A DNA stretch of 64,000 bases, taken from NCBI GenBank assembly GCA_947632055.1, contig CANRNS010000001.1, positions 2,047 to 66,046 on the forward strand, read 5' to 3'. The translations under genes and the position numbers were made by a program. The notes beneath the pieces were generated by a model. It was given only the letters and a program-made list of their open reading frames with translations, made no database searches and was not told the origin of the DNA. Position 1 is the stretch's first letter. The number at the start of each line of letters is the position of its first letter. Below are positions 1-10,219 of the stretch, in pieces. This stretch comes from an uncultured Akkermansia sp. (lineage in GTDB: Bacteria; Verrucomicrobiota; Verrucomicrobiia; Verrucomicrobiales; Akkermansiaceae).

Positions 1-830
1 GCAAAGAACCATTTCCAATATCCTTCATTAGAGAAGTCGTGATCTCCTCGGAGCATCCATTCGTTTATAAACGAAAGTAATGCTTTTTTATGTTGATGAA
101 ATGCCTGCGCTGTTATAAGACCGCGCTGTCTAAAAGAGCGCATCAAATTAGAGATGTATACGTGACCGAATACATAAGGAACGCTATATCCTCCCTTTTT
201 AAAAGGAAGCCCAACACCGTCTAATATGAATTTGGAATATAATTGAACCTTCGAACCTGTTTCAATCATATTAAATGCGAGATCAACATGCGGGAACCAA
301 TGGTTCAAACGCCTACAAGACGTATCCAATGCTTTTAATAAAATATCTCTTCTACACACCCATGAACCATAATGTGTAATTTCTACGCCTTCTCTCATTA
401 CAAATTCGCTCGGATCTCCCAAGATTCCGCCTTCCTCCTCTTCATTGCAATGATAAGATAGGAAAATAATATCTTCAGTAGCTTGCTTCCTCAAGAAGGA
501 AACAAATTTCTCCAACCCTGCTTCTTTAAAATACGAATAATCATTGTTGAAGCGAACAAAATCGCCCTTTGCAAACTCAGTAACTCGATATAAATTATCC
601 CAAGAAATGGATTCCTCCCAACGATGATATACGATCTTATCTCCAAATCTTTCTTTGTACTCTCGGCAAATATCCGGCGTCTCATCCGTTGAAGCGTTAT
701 CAGAAATTACTATTTCAACATCGTTTGTCTGCTGGAAGATCTTTTGCTTTGTAATTTGCGACAGCGTATTATCCAAGACAATAGCTCGATTACACGTAGG
801 AATGCATATGGAAAGGATGGGTGAAATCAT
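1..830 (-). CDS. Glycosyltransferase family 2 (partial, runs off the left edge)
   Basis: Not in the ORF track. Manual translation from ATG at 830 gives MISPILSICIPTCNRAIVLDNTLSQITKQKIFQQTNDVEIVISDNASTDETPDIC, the classic GT2 N-terminus (IPTxNR, VISDNASTD). Confidence 0.85.
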   Translation of the reverse strand, partial: MISPILSICIPTCNRAIVLDNTLSQITKQKIFQQTNDVEIVISDNASTDETPDICREYKERFGDKIVYHRWEESISWDNLYRVTEFAKGDFVRFNNDYSYFKEAGLEKFVSFLRKQATEDIIFLSYHCNEEEEGGILGDPSEFVMREGVEITHYGSWVCRRDILLKALDTSCRRLNHWFPHVDLAFNMIETGSKVQLYSKFILDGVGLPFKKGGYSVPYVFGHVYISNLMRSFRQRGLITAQAFHQHKKALLSFINEWMLRGDHDFSNEGYWKWFF

Positions 831-855
831 TTTTTATTAGATAGTCGTTGATTGA

Positions 856-2133
856 TTATAGATTTTTCATGATTTGTTCACCGGAAATAAAAAGGGAAGC
901 CTTCCGAGCCCACTGTAATTCGCGGCATTTCCTCTTGATTATTCTTTTCCACTTCCCTCCCCATAAAAGATGATACACAACGCTCAAAAGCGCAATTCTC
1001 CACCGAGTTGCAACCACCTTCTTCTTGAGCGTGATGTAATAACAAATTTGGCAAAGGCTTAGCTGATAGTCATCATCTGAAGGATTTTCTTTCGCCCACA
1101 ACAATGCCCTCTCAAATTGGCATAGCCAATCAGATAAATATTTCAATGGGCACATCCCACCTACAAAATCCGTCATCCTCCTCTCTTTGAATAGCGCTTT
1201 CATTTCTTCGGTCATGCCGAGCATACACGGCCCGAAATGTGGTGCAGGAACAGGTATGATTTCTTCGTAGGCTTTTACCTCTGATACTCTCGCTCCAGCT
1301 GCATGCTGTACAACGGATTGCATCATTATACAAGATGGGCTACGTAATAAAAGAAGCAATTCCGTGCCTGGGTTTGAAAACACGATTGAGTGCGTCGCAG
1401 TCCCAAGGACACCGGCAACAACACAAGCGCCCTTAAAATACGCTATCTGATCTTCCAAGGGAAGTTTTTCCGGATAGATAATATGAAACCCGTTTTTACG
1501 AAAATTTCTCTCTATTTCTCCCTCTCCAAACAAACTTGTAGCACCGGTTTTAAATCTTTCCCTGCTCACGTATATCTTATCATACTTTTTAGCTTGCACA
1601 CGTTCTGCCACTCGTCTGAATGGTGTTATGAATTGAGAGGTATAGATCGGTTCGTTATCAGAGAGAGACGTATGGGGGATTAATATCTCGCTGAATTCGG
1701 TAGGCTGCTGCACAAAAAACGCATTTTCCAATATATTTCCACCGTACAAACGAAAGAAATCCTTGATAAAACTTGGGAGCTTGCCATCCCATCCCGGCTG
1801 CACTGAAAAGGCAATGCGCGCTTCTTTCTCTCTATTTTCAAGATACCATAAACGAACCGTGCTTTCTAAAAGAAAGTGTCCATAATGATCATATCTCAAC
1901 GGCCCCAGATAAATTACGGACTCATCGATCCTCTCTCTCGCTGGCATGAATATTTCAGGATGATACCCTCTTACCAATCCAGAATTTGAAACAAATTTCC
2001 CCGACGAATCCATCACTCCACAGCAACGCGCGAATCGAATATGATTACCAAAAACTTGGGGCAAAATGACTCCCTTTCGTATCACTTCAGCAATCATATT
2101 TTGCGGAATCATTTGTGGATGATTTAAAGTCAT
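856..2133 (-). CDS. Glycosyltransferase family 61 / DUF563 capsular polysaccharide biosynthesis protein
   Basis: HYGHFLLE, KIYVSR, IIYPEKLPLEDQIAYF and VVAGVLGTATHSIVF motifs typical of GT61; lies in a polysaccharide operon. Confidence 0.8.
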   Translation of the reverse strand: MTLNHPQMIPQNMIAEVIRKGVILPQVFGNHIRFARCCGVMDSSGKFVSNSGLVRGYHPEIFMPARERIDESVIYLGPLRYDHYGHFLLESTVRLWYLENREKEARIAFSVQPGWDGKLPSFIKDFFRLYGGNILENAFFVQQPTEFSEILIPHTSLSDNEPIYTSQFITPFRRVAERVQAKKYDKIYVSRERFKTGATSLFGEGEIERNFRKNGFHIIYPEKLPLEDQIAYFKGACVVAGVLGTATHSIVFSNPGTELLLLLRSPSCIMMQSVVQHAAGARVSEVKAYEEIIPVPAPHFGPCMLGMTEEMKALFKERRMTDFVGGMCPLKYLSDWLCQFERALLWAKENPSDDDYQLSLCQICYYITLKKKVVATRWRIALLSVVYHLLWGGKWKRIIKRKCRELQWARKASLFISGEQIMKNL

Positions 2134-2188
2134 AATATATTAATTAAGTGCACCAAAAATTTGTTTCATTCTTTAGGATGAATATTAA

Positions 2189-2446
2189 TCATGCGCCGAG
2201 ACAATACGAAGAAGCATTCTCATGAGGGCATTCTTCCCGTTCCAACTTCTTTTCCCACATCTCGGCAACCGCACGTACGTACTCCTTATGGTAAGCCTTG
2301 CTCTTGTTAAAGACGTCCACCTTCGCCTTCTCCCATTTCGAAAGCTCCTTGAGCTTTCTCTTGTAATATGTGTAGGCGATGAACCATGCCGCGCCCATGG
2401 CGTTCAGCATTTCCTCCGTCTCATTGTTTGGATTTTGAAGTTTCAT
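2189..2446 (-). CDS. Small hypothetical protein (possibly truncated)
   Basis: 85-aa ORF in the same orientation as the operon, visibly more GC-rich than its neighbours; no recognised motif. Confidence 0.4.
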   Translation of the reverse strand: MKLQNPNNETEEMLNAMGAAWFIAYTYYKRKLKELSKWEKAKVDVFNKSKAYHKEYVRAVAEMWEKKLEREECPHENASSYCLGA

Positions 2447-2571
2447 GGTATTGGATAGATTTAATGCTTCACAGATGAATTATGCTCACCGGCTTGGGAA
2501 TCACCTGCGTCTCTTCACCGAGTCGCGTACCAAGTCCACCTGCTAATAGGATAATTTGCATAAGTTTCTAA

Positions 2572-3615
2572 TCAAAAGGACGAAAGCGTTATGATTATTC
2601 CTTTCCTGCTCAGTTTCCGTCTTAAATACCTATAAAGTCGCAAGTATATTTTATATTTCACTCTTTTCCTCCACGTCATTGCGGAGACCGCTGCATCCTC
2701 TTCTTTGCTAACACTAGATTCACTCTTGACTAATTCTTTAAATCCATAATATAAAGCCACTTTTGCTGATTCTTGTACATCCTTTCCTTCAAGTTCATGT
2801 GTATCCAAATTATCAAGGCATGTCTTAAGGGTTTTTCTCATCAATCTCACATAAAAGTCGTGATATTTATAAGAAAAAAACCGATCAAAGGCTATATTGC
2901 CGTATATGTCCGCCGCATTTTTTTCATATTTGCTTAAGCCTGTCCACAAACCAGTACCAAGAATTCGGTATACACCGACTATACTATTTTGCAGATGTGC
3001 CTTGCCATACGACAAATGTAAAATAAAACGAAAAGTATCGCCACAGTATGCAAACTCAGACGGTGTGTCAATCGCTTCTGTAAGTATAGCTGGAATAGCC
3101 GGATATACTACGTTCCTGCATATTTGTCCTACCTCTTGTGGGACGTAAACTTTTCCATGAAGATAATCTTCAAAAGAAAAATCCGCCCTTTCTACCTTAG
3201 TGTCAATCCATGCCCACTTCTTCCCATGATCATCTACAAGAAGATTAGCCATGTAAATTGTGTAATCTTCGTGACTGTCTAGAAAATCAATCGCTTTTTG
3301 AAAATAATCTTTATCCGTGTAGTAATCATCAGCATCTAACACAGTAAAATAAGGTGTTGTTGTTTCCGATAATGCCCCTAAATAACTCCGGTACATCCCT
3401 ATATTCTTTTCACGATATATCACCCTCACCTTGTCCGGATATTGGCGTTCGTATTTTTGGATGATTTCAACGCTTCCATCAGTCGAGGCATTATCCACTA
3501 TCAGGATCGTATATGCAAAAGTCGTCCTCTGGAATAACGCTGATTCTATGGCTTGAGATACAAGATCTGCGTGATTATACGAACGCAGAATAATGGTTAA
3601 TTTGGGAGAATTCAT
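2572..3615 (-). CDS. Glycosyltransferase family 2
   Basis: SYNHADLV, IVDNASTDGS, NIG and LDADDYY (DxD) motifs. Confidence 0.9.
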   Translation of the reverse strand: MNSPKLTIILRSYNHADLVSQAIESALFQRTTFAYTILIVDNASTDGSVEIIQKYERQYPDKVRVIYREKNIGMYRSYLGALSETTTPYFTVLDADDYYTDKDYFQKAIDFLDSHEDYTIYMANLLVDDHGKKWAWIDTKVERADFSFEDYLHGKVYVPQEVGQICRNVVYPAIPAILTEAIDTPSEFAYCGDTFRFILHLSYGKAHLQNSIVGVYRILGTGLWTGLSKYEKNAADIYGNIAFDRFFSYKYHDFYVRLMRKTLKTCLDNLDTHELEGKDVQESAKVALYYGFKELVKSESSVSKEEDAAVSAMTWRKRVKYKIYLRLYRYLRRKLSRKGIIITLSSF

Positions 3616-3737
3616 ATAATTCTGTTTGTTTTTTATGTTGAGAAAACTTTATTTCGTCTTTATATTGCGAGTAGACATATCATGGTCTGGTCATTAATTT
3701 CATAGCTAAAAAAGGGGGGCTTTCTGACATCGGCAAG

Positions 3738-4706
3738 TTACTTACATCTCGTTGAATCGATCTCTTTAATGAGCGTCCACTTGGGCGAACAACAACATCC
3801 GATACTTTCCTTAAAAGTGCACAGCCCGTAATTAGGCACTCCTCCTACCGAGGCCGTCCCAATGTCTATTAATCTTGTCTGAGGAGATTTGTTCTTATAA
3901 TACTCAAACAGCTTGAAAGAGAGGAAATTAATGCTATTTAACCCCCTCGCGCTCGGCTCATTGCCCCAATACACCAACCTTAGGACCTGTGCGGTGAGAT
4001 GATGCACCATGGCCGCTGCCACTGCTACACCTGCAGAACTTTTAACCAGGAAGAAATCAGTCGGAATAATATGCATTGTTTGAAGCACCTCATCCAGCGT
4101 CATGCGCAAAGGATACCCTCTGGACTCTCGATTGTGCTTGATAATTTCGTAGGCAAGGGGAACATCCTCGGTCTTTTCAAAAGACAGACCGTAGGTTAGG
4201 GAATTCTGTAACTTTCCTTTGGCGTTCTTCTGAATTGTATTGATATACCCTTCATCAAAACGTCCCAATTCGTACTCATAGTTGATGTCACAAATGTCGG
4301 CTTTAAATCCGTGATTAACCAGAGTATTCAGAAATTTGGTGACATGGATGGTATCATAGGCGAGCGCCGGTAAGCCGAATTGAATGGCACGAATACCGGA
4401 TTTGCCGACATACAGGCACAATTGTTCGACAGCATCGCTATAATACTCAATTGGGTTATCATGGGCAACTTCCGAGAAAATAGCAAAGGTTGAAGAAAAG
4501 GGAGCTAAGAAAACTTGCTCCTTGATACCGGCCACCAGTCCGAATCTTACTTTGTTGTTTCTGAAGAGAAGGTATTTGACGGCATCAACTTTTCTCTTGT
4601 TCAACTCCACAAATTCCACTGTATCAAAATTAGAGAATGGCTGAGTAACCACTTTCGCGTACTCCTCCGCTGATATATCCTGTATCTCCATTGTATTTCC
4701 CGCCAT
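3738..4706 (-). CDS. GNAT/FemAB-like acyltransferase (polysaccharide modification)
   Basis: YWG..., LIDIGTASVGGVPNYGLCTFKESIG C-terminal motif typical of Acetyltransf_6/FemAB-like proteins in glycan loci. Confidence 0.7.
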   Translation of the reverse strand: MAGNTMEIQDISAEEYAKVVTQPFSNFDTVEFVELNKRKVDAVKYLLFRNNKVRFGLVAGIKEQVFLAPFSSTFAIFSEVAHDNPIEYYSDAVEQLCLYVGKSGIRAIQFGLPALAYDTIHVTKFLNTLVNHGFKADICDINYEYELGRFDEGYINTIQKNAKGKLQNSLTYGLSFEKTEDVPLAYEIIKHNRESRGYPLRMTLDEVLQTMHIIPTDFFLVKSSAGVAVAAAMVHHLTAQVLRLVYWGNEPSARGLNSINFLSFKLFEYYKNKSPQTRLIDIGTASVGGVPNYGLCTFKESIGCCCSPKWTLIKEIDSTRCK

Positions 4707-4767
4707 TGTATTGATGTTTATCCTTCGATGTTTAGCTCTTTCGCGAATATGGTTCTGTGTGGATCAT

Positions 4768-5731
4768 TTAAGAATGCTCTTTGATGATTTGAATCACTCG
4801 TTCCATGTCGTCCGTACGGTAACGCTGATCAATAATCAGAAGGTGCATATACCTCATCAAATAGGGCTCGTAACAAAACGATTCCTGATTCCTGATTCCT
4901 GATTCCTGATTCCTGATTCCGCCAGCACAATGGTATATATATCTTATTATCAATAAGATGCTTCCGTAACTGCTCCTTTTCTGTCAAAAAGGGATAGTAC
5001 ATCGGCACGTCATCATCAGACAGATCATGCTGAAAAAGATTATCGCGCTTCAGATGGTGATCCATGTAACGGAAGTTTTCCATGCGCTGCTGGCGCGTAC
5101 GGTCATAGTCAATGCTTTTAATGAGGCGCGTCGTTAAGTTTGACATCAGCTTGATCTCTTCCCCTATCAAGGAATCATCGTTCTTGTTGAAGTCGGCATA
5201 GCCAAAATTAGCGCCACCCTCAATGCGCATCAGGAGATGCGAAAAACGTTTGTAGCTCTCTTTATCCTGCTCGAGCGTGCCGGGTAGGTTTCTGGAGCAA
5301 TACACATAGCCCCCGTCGGGCAGACCAAAGAATTTGCGAGGAGAATACACGGTTGCTAGTCCCACCGGGGGAGCGTAAAAAGCTTGGGCATTGTCCACAA
5401 TAAGGTTTTTGTATCGCCGAGCCAACGCACGAACGTTCTTACCGCATACCCCGTAATAATTCGTGTAAAGGACGTAGTCATCGGTGCCAAAATCCCGATC
5501 CGGCATGAGGCGGCGGTCTATGTGATAGAAACGCACCTTACATGAGGCCTCCTCAATAGCTTGCCAAACAACGTGACACGTGTAATAAGGAACCCACATC
5601 TCCTTGATGTCATAGGCGCGGATGGCGTACACAATACCATTCCGGGCGTTATTGATGGGCAAAGCCCCATGGTGATAGTGCTCAGAAATGGCGCTTATTT
5701 CAAGCTCGATGTACCCTCCGATGTCTTTCAT
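4768..5731 (-). CDS. DegT-like PLP-dependent sugar aminotransferase family protein, currently frameshifted by a heptamer repeat (present reading stops at 4829)
   Basis: VPYYTC, TNYYG, IVDNAQAF and YSPRKFFGLPDGG motifs. The family-like C-terminus IIDQRYRTDDMERVIQIIKEHS* lies in another frame and ends at 4768. Confidence 0.75.
4880..4920 (-). repeat. Heptanucleotide tandem repeat (GGAATCA)x5+GGAATC inside a CDS
   Basis: Plus strand reads g-attcctg x5-attcc; seen directly. Confidence 0.97.
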
Positions 5732-6261
5732 CTTATGCCATCAAGATCCAGTGATTTTAATTTCCTAGCAGGCACCCCTGCATACACGGAGAACTCCTCT
5801 GTATCCTTAGTCACCACGCTTCCCGCACCAATAATGGAACCTTTTTTGAGGGTAACACCGGGCAATATGGTGACAGAAGCCCCAATCCAAACATCGTCCT
5901 CAATAGTGATTCTCTGTCCTTGCCTAATAAGATGGTCCCTCACGTAAGGCACACTACACAGCAGCGGAGAATTATTGGGTTCGCTGTCTAAAATAATTGT
6001 CACGTTGGGGGCAATGGAAACATGGTTCCCAATGAAAAGGTTTTTATAGTTATCCCCTGTCGCACATGACACCGTAAAACCCGGATTGACGAAGGAGCCC
6101 TCCCCGAAGTGCACACCCAGCTTTTGCCAATACAGACGTCGGGTGCGAGCATCGCCATAAAAGGCAGCAATCATCTTTGTCAATCGCAGCGGCATAATCT
6201 CTGCATGATTGCTGAGGAAATTGTATATCCTCTCATCGAGTGCCTGGAGAAATGTCTTCAT
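5728..6261 (-). CDS. Hexapeptide-repeat (left-handed beta-helix) acyltransferase
   Basis: ITIEDDVWIGASVTILPGVTLKKGSIIGAGSVVTKD...YAGVPAR. Start placed at MKTFL (6261), with an AAGGAGG RBS and ATGA overlap with the upstream stop. Confidence 0.9.
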   Translation of the reverse strand: MKTFLQALDERIYNFLSNHAEIMPLRLTKMIAAFYGDARTRRLYWQKLGVHFGEGSFVNPGFTVSCATGDNYKNLFIGNHVSIAPNVTIILDSEPNNSPLLCSVPYVRDHLIRQGQRITIEDDVWIGASVTILPGVTLKKGSIIGAGSVVTKDTEEFSVYAGVPARKLKSLDLDGIR

Positions 6262-6767
6262 GATCTTCTTACCTCCTTGATAAATTGTTGATAATCGCGG
6301 ATGTAATCGGCTTCGTTGTAATGCTCGCTGGCAAGCACCATCACCACGCAATCAGGGCTAAAATTGGTGAACTCGCGCCATAGGTTGGACTTAATATGCA
6401 GACCTACAGCGGGGTTATCCAAGTGAATAGTGGTGCGGTGTTCACCATCGTCCAAAATGAAGTCGCAGGAACCGGACGTACAGACGACCACCTGCTCCAA
6501 GTTACGATGAGCATGGCGCCCGCGCACCACGTCTTTTTGTGTTCCCCAGATGTAGTAAACGCGCTTGATGTCAAAAGGAAAATCATCCCCTTTTTCCAGA
6601 GCAACCAGTTTGCCGGAATAGTCGCCGTGGATCGGGAAATGCAACAGAGAGAAGCTTCTTGACTCATTGCTGCATGGGGCATGGTTTGGTTTAGAGGAGA
6701 AAACCTTCATACCTCGCAGATCCGGGTCACAGGAAGTCGTTCCTGTGCTCTGTTGCCTTATTTCCAT
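6258..6767 (-). CDS. fdtA: FdtA/QdtA-family dTDP-4-keto-6-deoxyhexose 3,4-isomerase (cupin)
   Basis: [19 protein letters not shown] and [15 protein letters not shown] motifs. Confidence 0.88.
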   Translation of the reverse strand: MEIRQQSTGTTSCDPDLRGMKVFSSKPNHAPCSNESRSFSLLHFPIHGDYSGKLVALEKGDDFPFDIKRVYYIWGTQKDVVRGRHAHRNLEQVVVCTSGSCDFILDDGEHRTTIHLDNPAVGLHIKSNLWREFTNFSPDCVVMVLASEHYNEADYIRDYQQFIKEVRRS

Positions 6768-7846
6768 GTGTTGATTGCGTGAATTACTTCCCGAACCTCT
6801 TCATCGGTGAGCACAGGACTGATGGGAAGGCTGAGCACCTCCCGGTGGATTTCCTCCGTGATGGGGTACGATTGCTCTGCCCACTCGCTGTAGGCTCCCT
6901 GTTTGTGCGGTGGCGTCGGGTAATGGATATTCGTTTCGATGCCGTGTCGTCTCAGATACTGCTGTAAGTTGTCGCGCTCCTTGCAGCGCACCACAAATAC
7001 GTGCCATACGTGCGCTGCCTCATCATAAGTTTCTGGCAAAGTGATGAGCGAGTTGGTGATGTGCTCCCGATAGAAGCGTGCAATCTCGCGGCGTCGGGCG
7101 TTATCTGCATCTAGGTGAGCCAGACGCACGTCCAGCACAGCAGCTTGCAGCTCATCCAGCCGCGAATTGGTGCCTTTGTAGATGTGGTGATACTTGTAAT
7201 CAGACCCGTAATTGGCGAGGGCCTTTACTTTTTCATAAAGCGCGGCGTCATTCGTTGTGATGCCACCCGCATCCCCCATCGCACCGAGATTCTTGCCGGG
7301 GTAGAAGGAGAATGCTGCTGCATCGCCAAGATTGCCCACACGTTTTCCACGGTACATCGCCCCGTGTGCTTGAGCCGCGTCCTCAATTACCTTCAGACCG
7401 CACCAACGAGCGACCTCCCACACCTTCTCCATCGGCGTAGCCTGTCCGTAGAGGTGCACCACCAAGATGGCTTTGGTGCGAGGCGTGATAGCTTCTTCAA
7501 TGCGTCCCGGGTCGATGCAATAGGTCGTAGGATCCGGCTCCACGAGCACAGGCGTGCAACCATTCTGCGAGATTGCCAGAATAGAAGCAATAAAGGTGTT
7601 GGCGGGCACAATGATTTCATCCCCATTGCCGAACCCGTACGCTCGGATAATGAGGCTGATGGCTTCCAGTCCATTCGCAACGCCGAGGCAATACTTCGTA
7701 CCACAGTATTCGGCAAAGTGTTTACAAAACTTCTCGTTTTCCTCTCCTTGCAGGTACCGGCCGGAGTCCAGCACAGCCCCTATCCGTGCGTCCATTTCTG
7801 CACGGAAGCGCTCGTTAATTTTTTGCAAGTCGAGAAAGGGGATCAT
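6758..7846 (-). CDS. fdtB: DegT/DnrJ/EryC1/StrS aminotransferase (FdtB/QdtB-like)
   Basis: [39 protein letters not shown] and [10 protein letters not shown] motifs; adjacent to fdtA. Confidence 0.88.
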   Translation of the reverse strand: MIPFLDLQKINERFRAEMDARIGAVLDSGRYLQGEENEKFCKHFAEYCGTKYCLGVANGLEAISLIIRAYGFGNGDEIIVPANTFIASILAISQNGCTPVLVEPDPTTYCIDPGRIEEAITPRTKAILVVHLYGQATPMEKVWEVARWCGLKVIEDAAQAHGAMYRGKRVGNLGDAAAFSFYPGKNLGAMGDAGGITTNDAALYEKVKALANYGSDYKYHHIYKGTNSRLDELQAAVLDVRLAHLDADNARRREIARFYREHITNSLITLPETYDEAAHVWHVFVVRCKERDNLQQYLRRHGIETNIHYPTPPHKQGAYSEWAEQSYPITEEIHREVLSLPISPVLTDEEVREVIHAINTWK

Positions 7847-7861
7847 GACGGTAAAAGAAAG

Positions 7862-8983
7862 TTACTGGGCAGATATATGATAGGCAACAATGCCTTTAAA
7901 GTAGCCACGACGCCTGAGTTTTCGTGACAGTGATCTCCATATTTTATACATAATCTTCTCCATGGGACCACGTAAGATGGGAGGATCGAATATGACGTAG
8001 TGCCCAGCAATTTTTGACTCTTGCGTAATTTTCATGAAATCTTTAGCAAGAAAGTCATAGGACTTCTCTAGGTAGTCGCCGTTCTGGAGCGCAAAATCAT
8101 ACAACAGACTAAGTCCCGCCGCACGAATGGACGGAACCGGACTTCCGACGAGCACTAACCCGGCGTAGAAAGGAATATCTCTGTCCACCATGTTTTCATA
8201 GCGGGTAAACTCCGGAAAGATTTTCCGGAACTGCTGGACATCTGCAATCTTCTTCACGCAATCTTTCAACATCAACTCCATCTCACTATAAATTGCACTG
8301 AAATTCTCAACCGTCCACGCCGATAAATTCCCTCTATTCTCACGTCTTCTGTAATATGTCAGCGGAGTCTCCGACTGCGCCATGTCAGAGTTGAGAAGCA
8401 AACGTATGTGCCATTCATAATCTTGGGTCAAACGCAGAAGAGGATTAAGCTTACCTACCTGATCCACGCATTCCCGCCGAATCATCATTCCTGGCACAGG
8501 TAAACAGTTCCCCTCCGTAAAGAGAAATCGCAGTACGTCCCAACGATCCATTTTTTCATGAACATCGATGGAAAAATCTATAGGCTCATTGTCTTCTCCG
8601 ATGGGTATTAAGTCATTGTACAGTACAGAAACATTCTGATGGTGTTCCAAGAACTCATAATCATGGGCCAGTTTCCCTTTTACAAGGCCATCATCCACTG
8701 ACATGCAACATACATATTCACCGTTTACTTTTGATAATGAATGGTTGAACGTGTGACAGACGTGGCGATTCCGATCATTTTTGTAAACGCGGATTCTTGG
8801 GTCGGAAGTATAGCTCTGCAGAAGTCTGTAGGAGTCATCTGTGGAACAATCGTCCGTCACAACCAGTTCCCAATTCGTGAAGTCTTGCTGCAGGAGACTC
8901 TCCATGAAAAAGGGTATGTACTTCTCGTGGTTGTAGCACGTGGTACTAATGGAAATTGCCGGTTGCTCGTTGGGTGGTGTCAT
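7862..8983 (-). CDS. Glycosyltransferase family 2
   Basis: CYNHEKYI, VTDDCSTDDS, SVDD and QDYEWHIR motifs. Confidence 0.9.
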   Translation of the reverse strand: MTPPNEQPAISISTTCYNHEKYIPFFMESLLQQDFTNWELVVTDDCSTDDSYRLLQSYTSDPRIRVYKNDRNRHVCHTFNHSLSKVNGEYVCCMSVDDGLVKGKLAHDYEFLEHHQNVSVLYNDLIPIGEDNEPIDFSIDVHEKMDRWDVLRFLFTEGNCLPVPGMMIRRECVDQVGKLNPLLRLTQDYEWHIRLLLNSDMAQSETPLTYYRRRENRGNLSAWTVENFSAIYSEMELMLKDCVKKIADVQQFRKIFPEFTRYENMVDRDIPFYAGLVLVGSPVPSIRAAGLSLLYDFALQNGDYLEKSYDFLAKDFMKITQESKIAGHYVIFDPPILRGPMEKIMYKIWRSLSRKLRRRGYFKGIVAYHISAQ

Positions 8984-10134
8984 AAATCTGCTGTTTGTAT
9001 GATTTCTTCTAACCGCGAAATTGCCTCTGAAGGGCTGAAGCGCCCCAAATTCTCCGTGGCTTTACGGATCTTTCCTTCCCGTTCTTCCGGATGTCTCTCT
9101 ATGTTTTCCAAAACCTGCGCAAGCGATTCCGGATTCCCCGCTTCAAACAAGTAGCCCGCCTCACCGTGCATGAGAATTTCTGCCGGACCGGAGGGCACAT
9201 CTGAACTCACAGCCGCTACTCCGAGAGCCTGTGCCTCTATGAGCACCGTGGGCAAACCCCCGCCCACAGTCAAGGTAGAGGATAAGATGAGGGCTTGAGC
9301 AGAGCGAATCATAGGATATGGATTATCTAATTGCCCGGTAAATATAATGCTTCCATTTGCTACTTCATTGGTGACCAATTCTTGAAGCTCATCAAGCTGA
9401 GGTCCGTCACCGACAATGACAAGCGAGTATTCGGGGTGCTTCCTCTTAAACAAGGCAAAACCCCGGATAACCGCGGGCACATCCTTATCAAGTGCATTCA
9501 AACGTTGCACTGCTACGAAATAAGGCGTGGGAGAGCCGGTCTTCTCCATACTGCCAAGGTGGCGGATTTCCTCAACATCAATGGGATTATAAATGCAATA
9601 CGTCTTATCGACCCACCTGGGATAGAGCCTCTTGAAATCTCGGATAAAGGCATGACTCAAGCACACAATGCGATCATAAATATCTATGTTCCCTTTTGAA
9701 ACATAGTTCTTGAAAAAAGTGATGCTGCCATGGCATACTCCAATTTTTCTCTGCGGCAATTTTGCTAGGTAAGGAGAAAAGCCGAAATTACAAAAATCTA
9801 TTACAACATCACAATCCCACGCATATTCGACAAGCGCAAATCTCGTGGGTATTTTTGCTGCCTCTCGTCTCATCCTGTATATCCAGCACGCGAGAAAATT
9901 TCTACGTCTTCGAGGAGGCACGTGTATTCCCACAACGCACAACTCTATGGAATGCTCAACAAAATATTGCAAAAAATAAGAATCACTCACATCTGTCAAA
10001 CTTGCAACCTTGCATTTATATCCCATGCTGTTCAGCTGACTCAAGTAGTTAAGCAACACCTTTGCTATACCTCCCATAACAACCCTATCGACGCAAAATA
10101 AAATTACCTTTTCACCTGTCTTGTTCATTTTCAT
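8980..10134 (-). CDS. Glycosyltransferase family 4 (GT-B)
   Basis: MGGIAKV, IYNPID, LVIVGDGP and GLPTVLIEAQALG...SSDVPSGPAEIL motifs. Confidence 0.9.
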   Translation of the reverse strand: MKMNKTGEKVILFCVDRVVMGGIAKVLLNYLSQLNSMGYKCKVASLTDVSDSYFLQYFVEHSIELCVVGIHVPPRRRRNFLACWIYRMRREAAKIPTRFALVEYAWDCDVVIDFCNFGFSPYLAKLPQRKIGVCHGSITFFKNYVSKGNIDIYDRIVCLSHAFIRDFKRLYPRWVDKTYCIYNPIDVEEIRHLGSMEKTGSPTPYFVAVQRLNALDKDVPAVIRGFALFKRKHPEYSLVIVGDGPQLDELQELVTNEVANGSIIFTGQLDNPYPMIRSAQALILSSTLTVGGGLPTVLIEAQALGVAAVSSDVPSGPAEILMHGEAGYLFEAGNPESLAQVLENIERHPEEREGKIRKATENLGRFSPSEAISRLEEIIQTADL

Positions 10135-10219
10135 CTCTTTTCATGCCTATTTCTGCTCGTTTTAACATCCAAACTGCACACTGCATACCGGCACGATGGC
10201 TAATAACTCAGGAGCGTTC

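Noticed and set aside
4768-4953. 61-aa ORF as an independent gene
   Set aside because: Better explained as the out-of-frame C-terminus of the DegT-like gene.
10133-10143. Partial copy of the IR motif (atctcttttca)
   Set aside because: Half-site only, with no inverted partner seen nearby; overlaps the GT4 start region.
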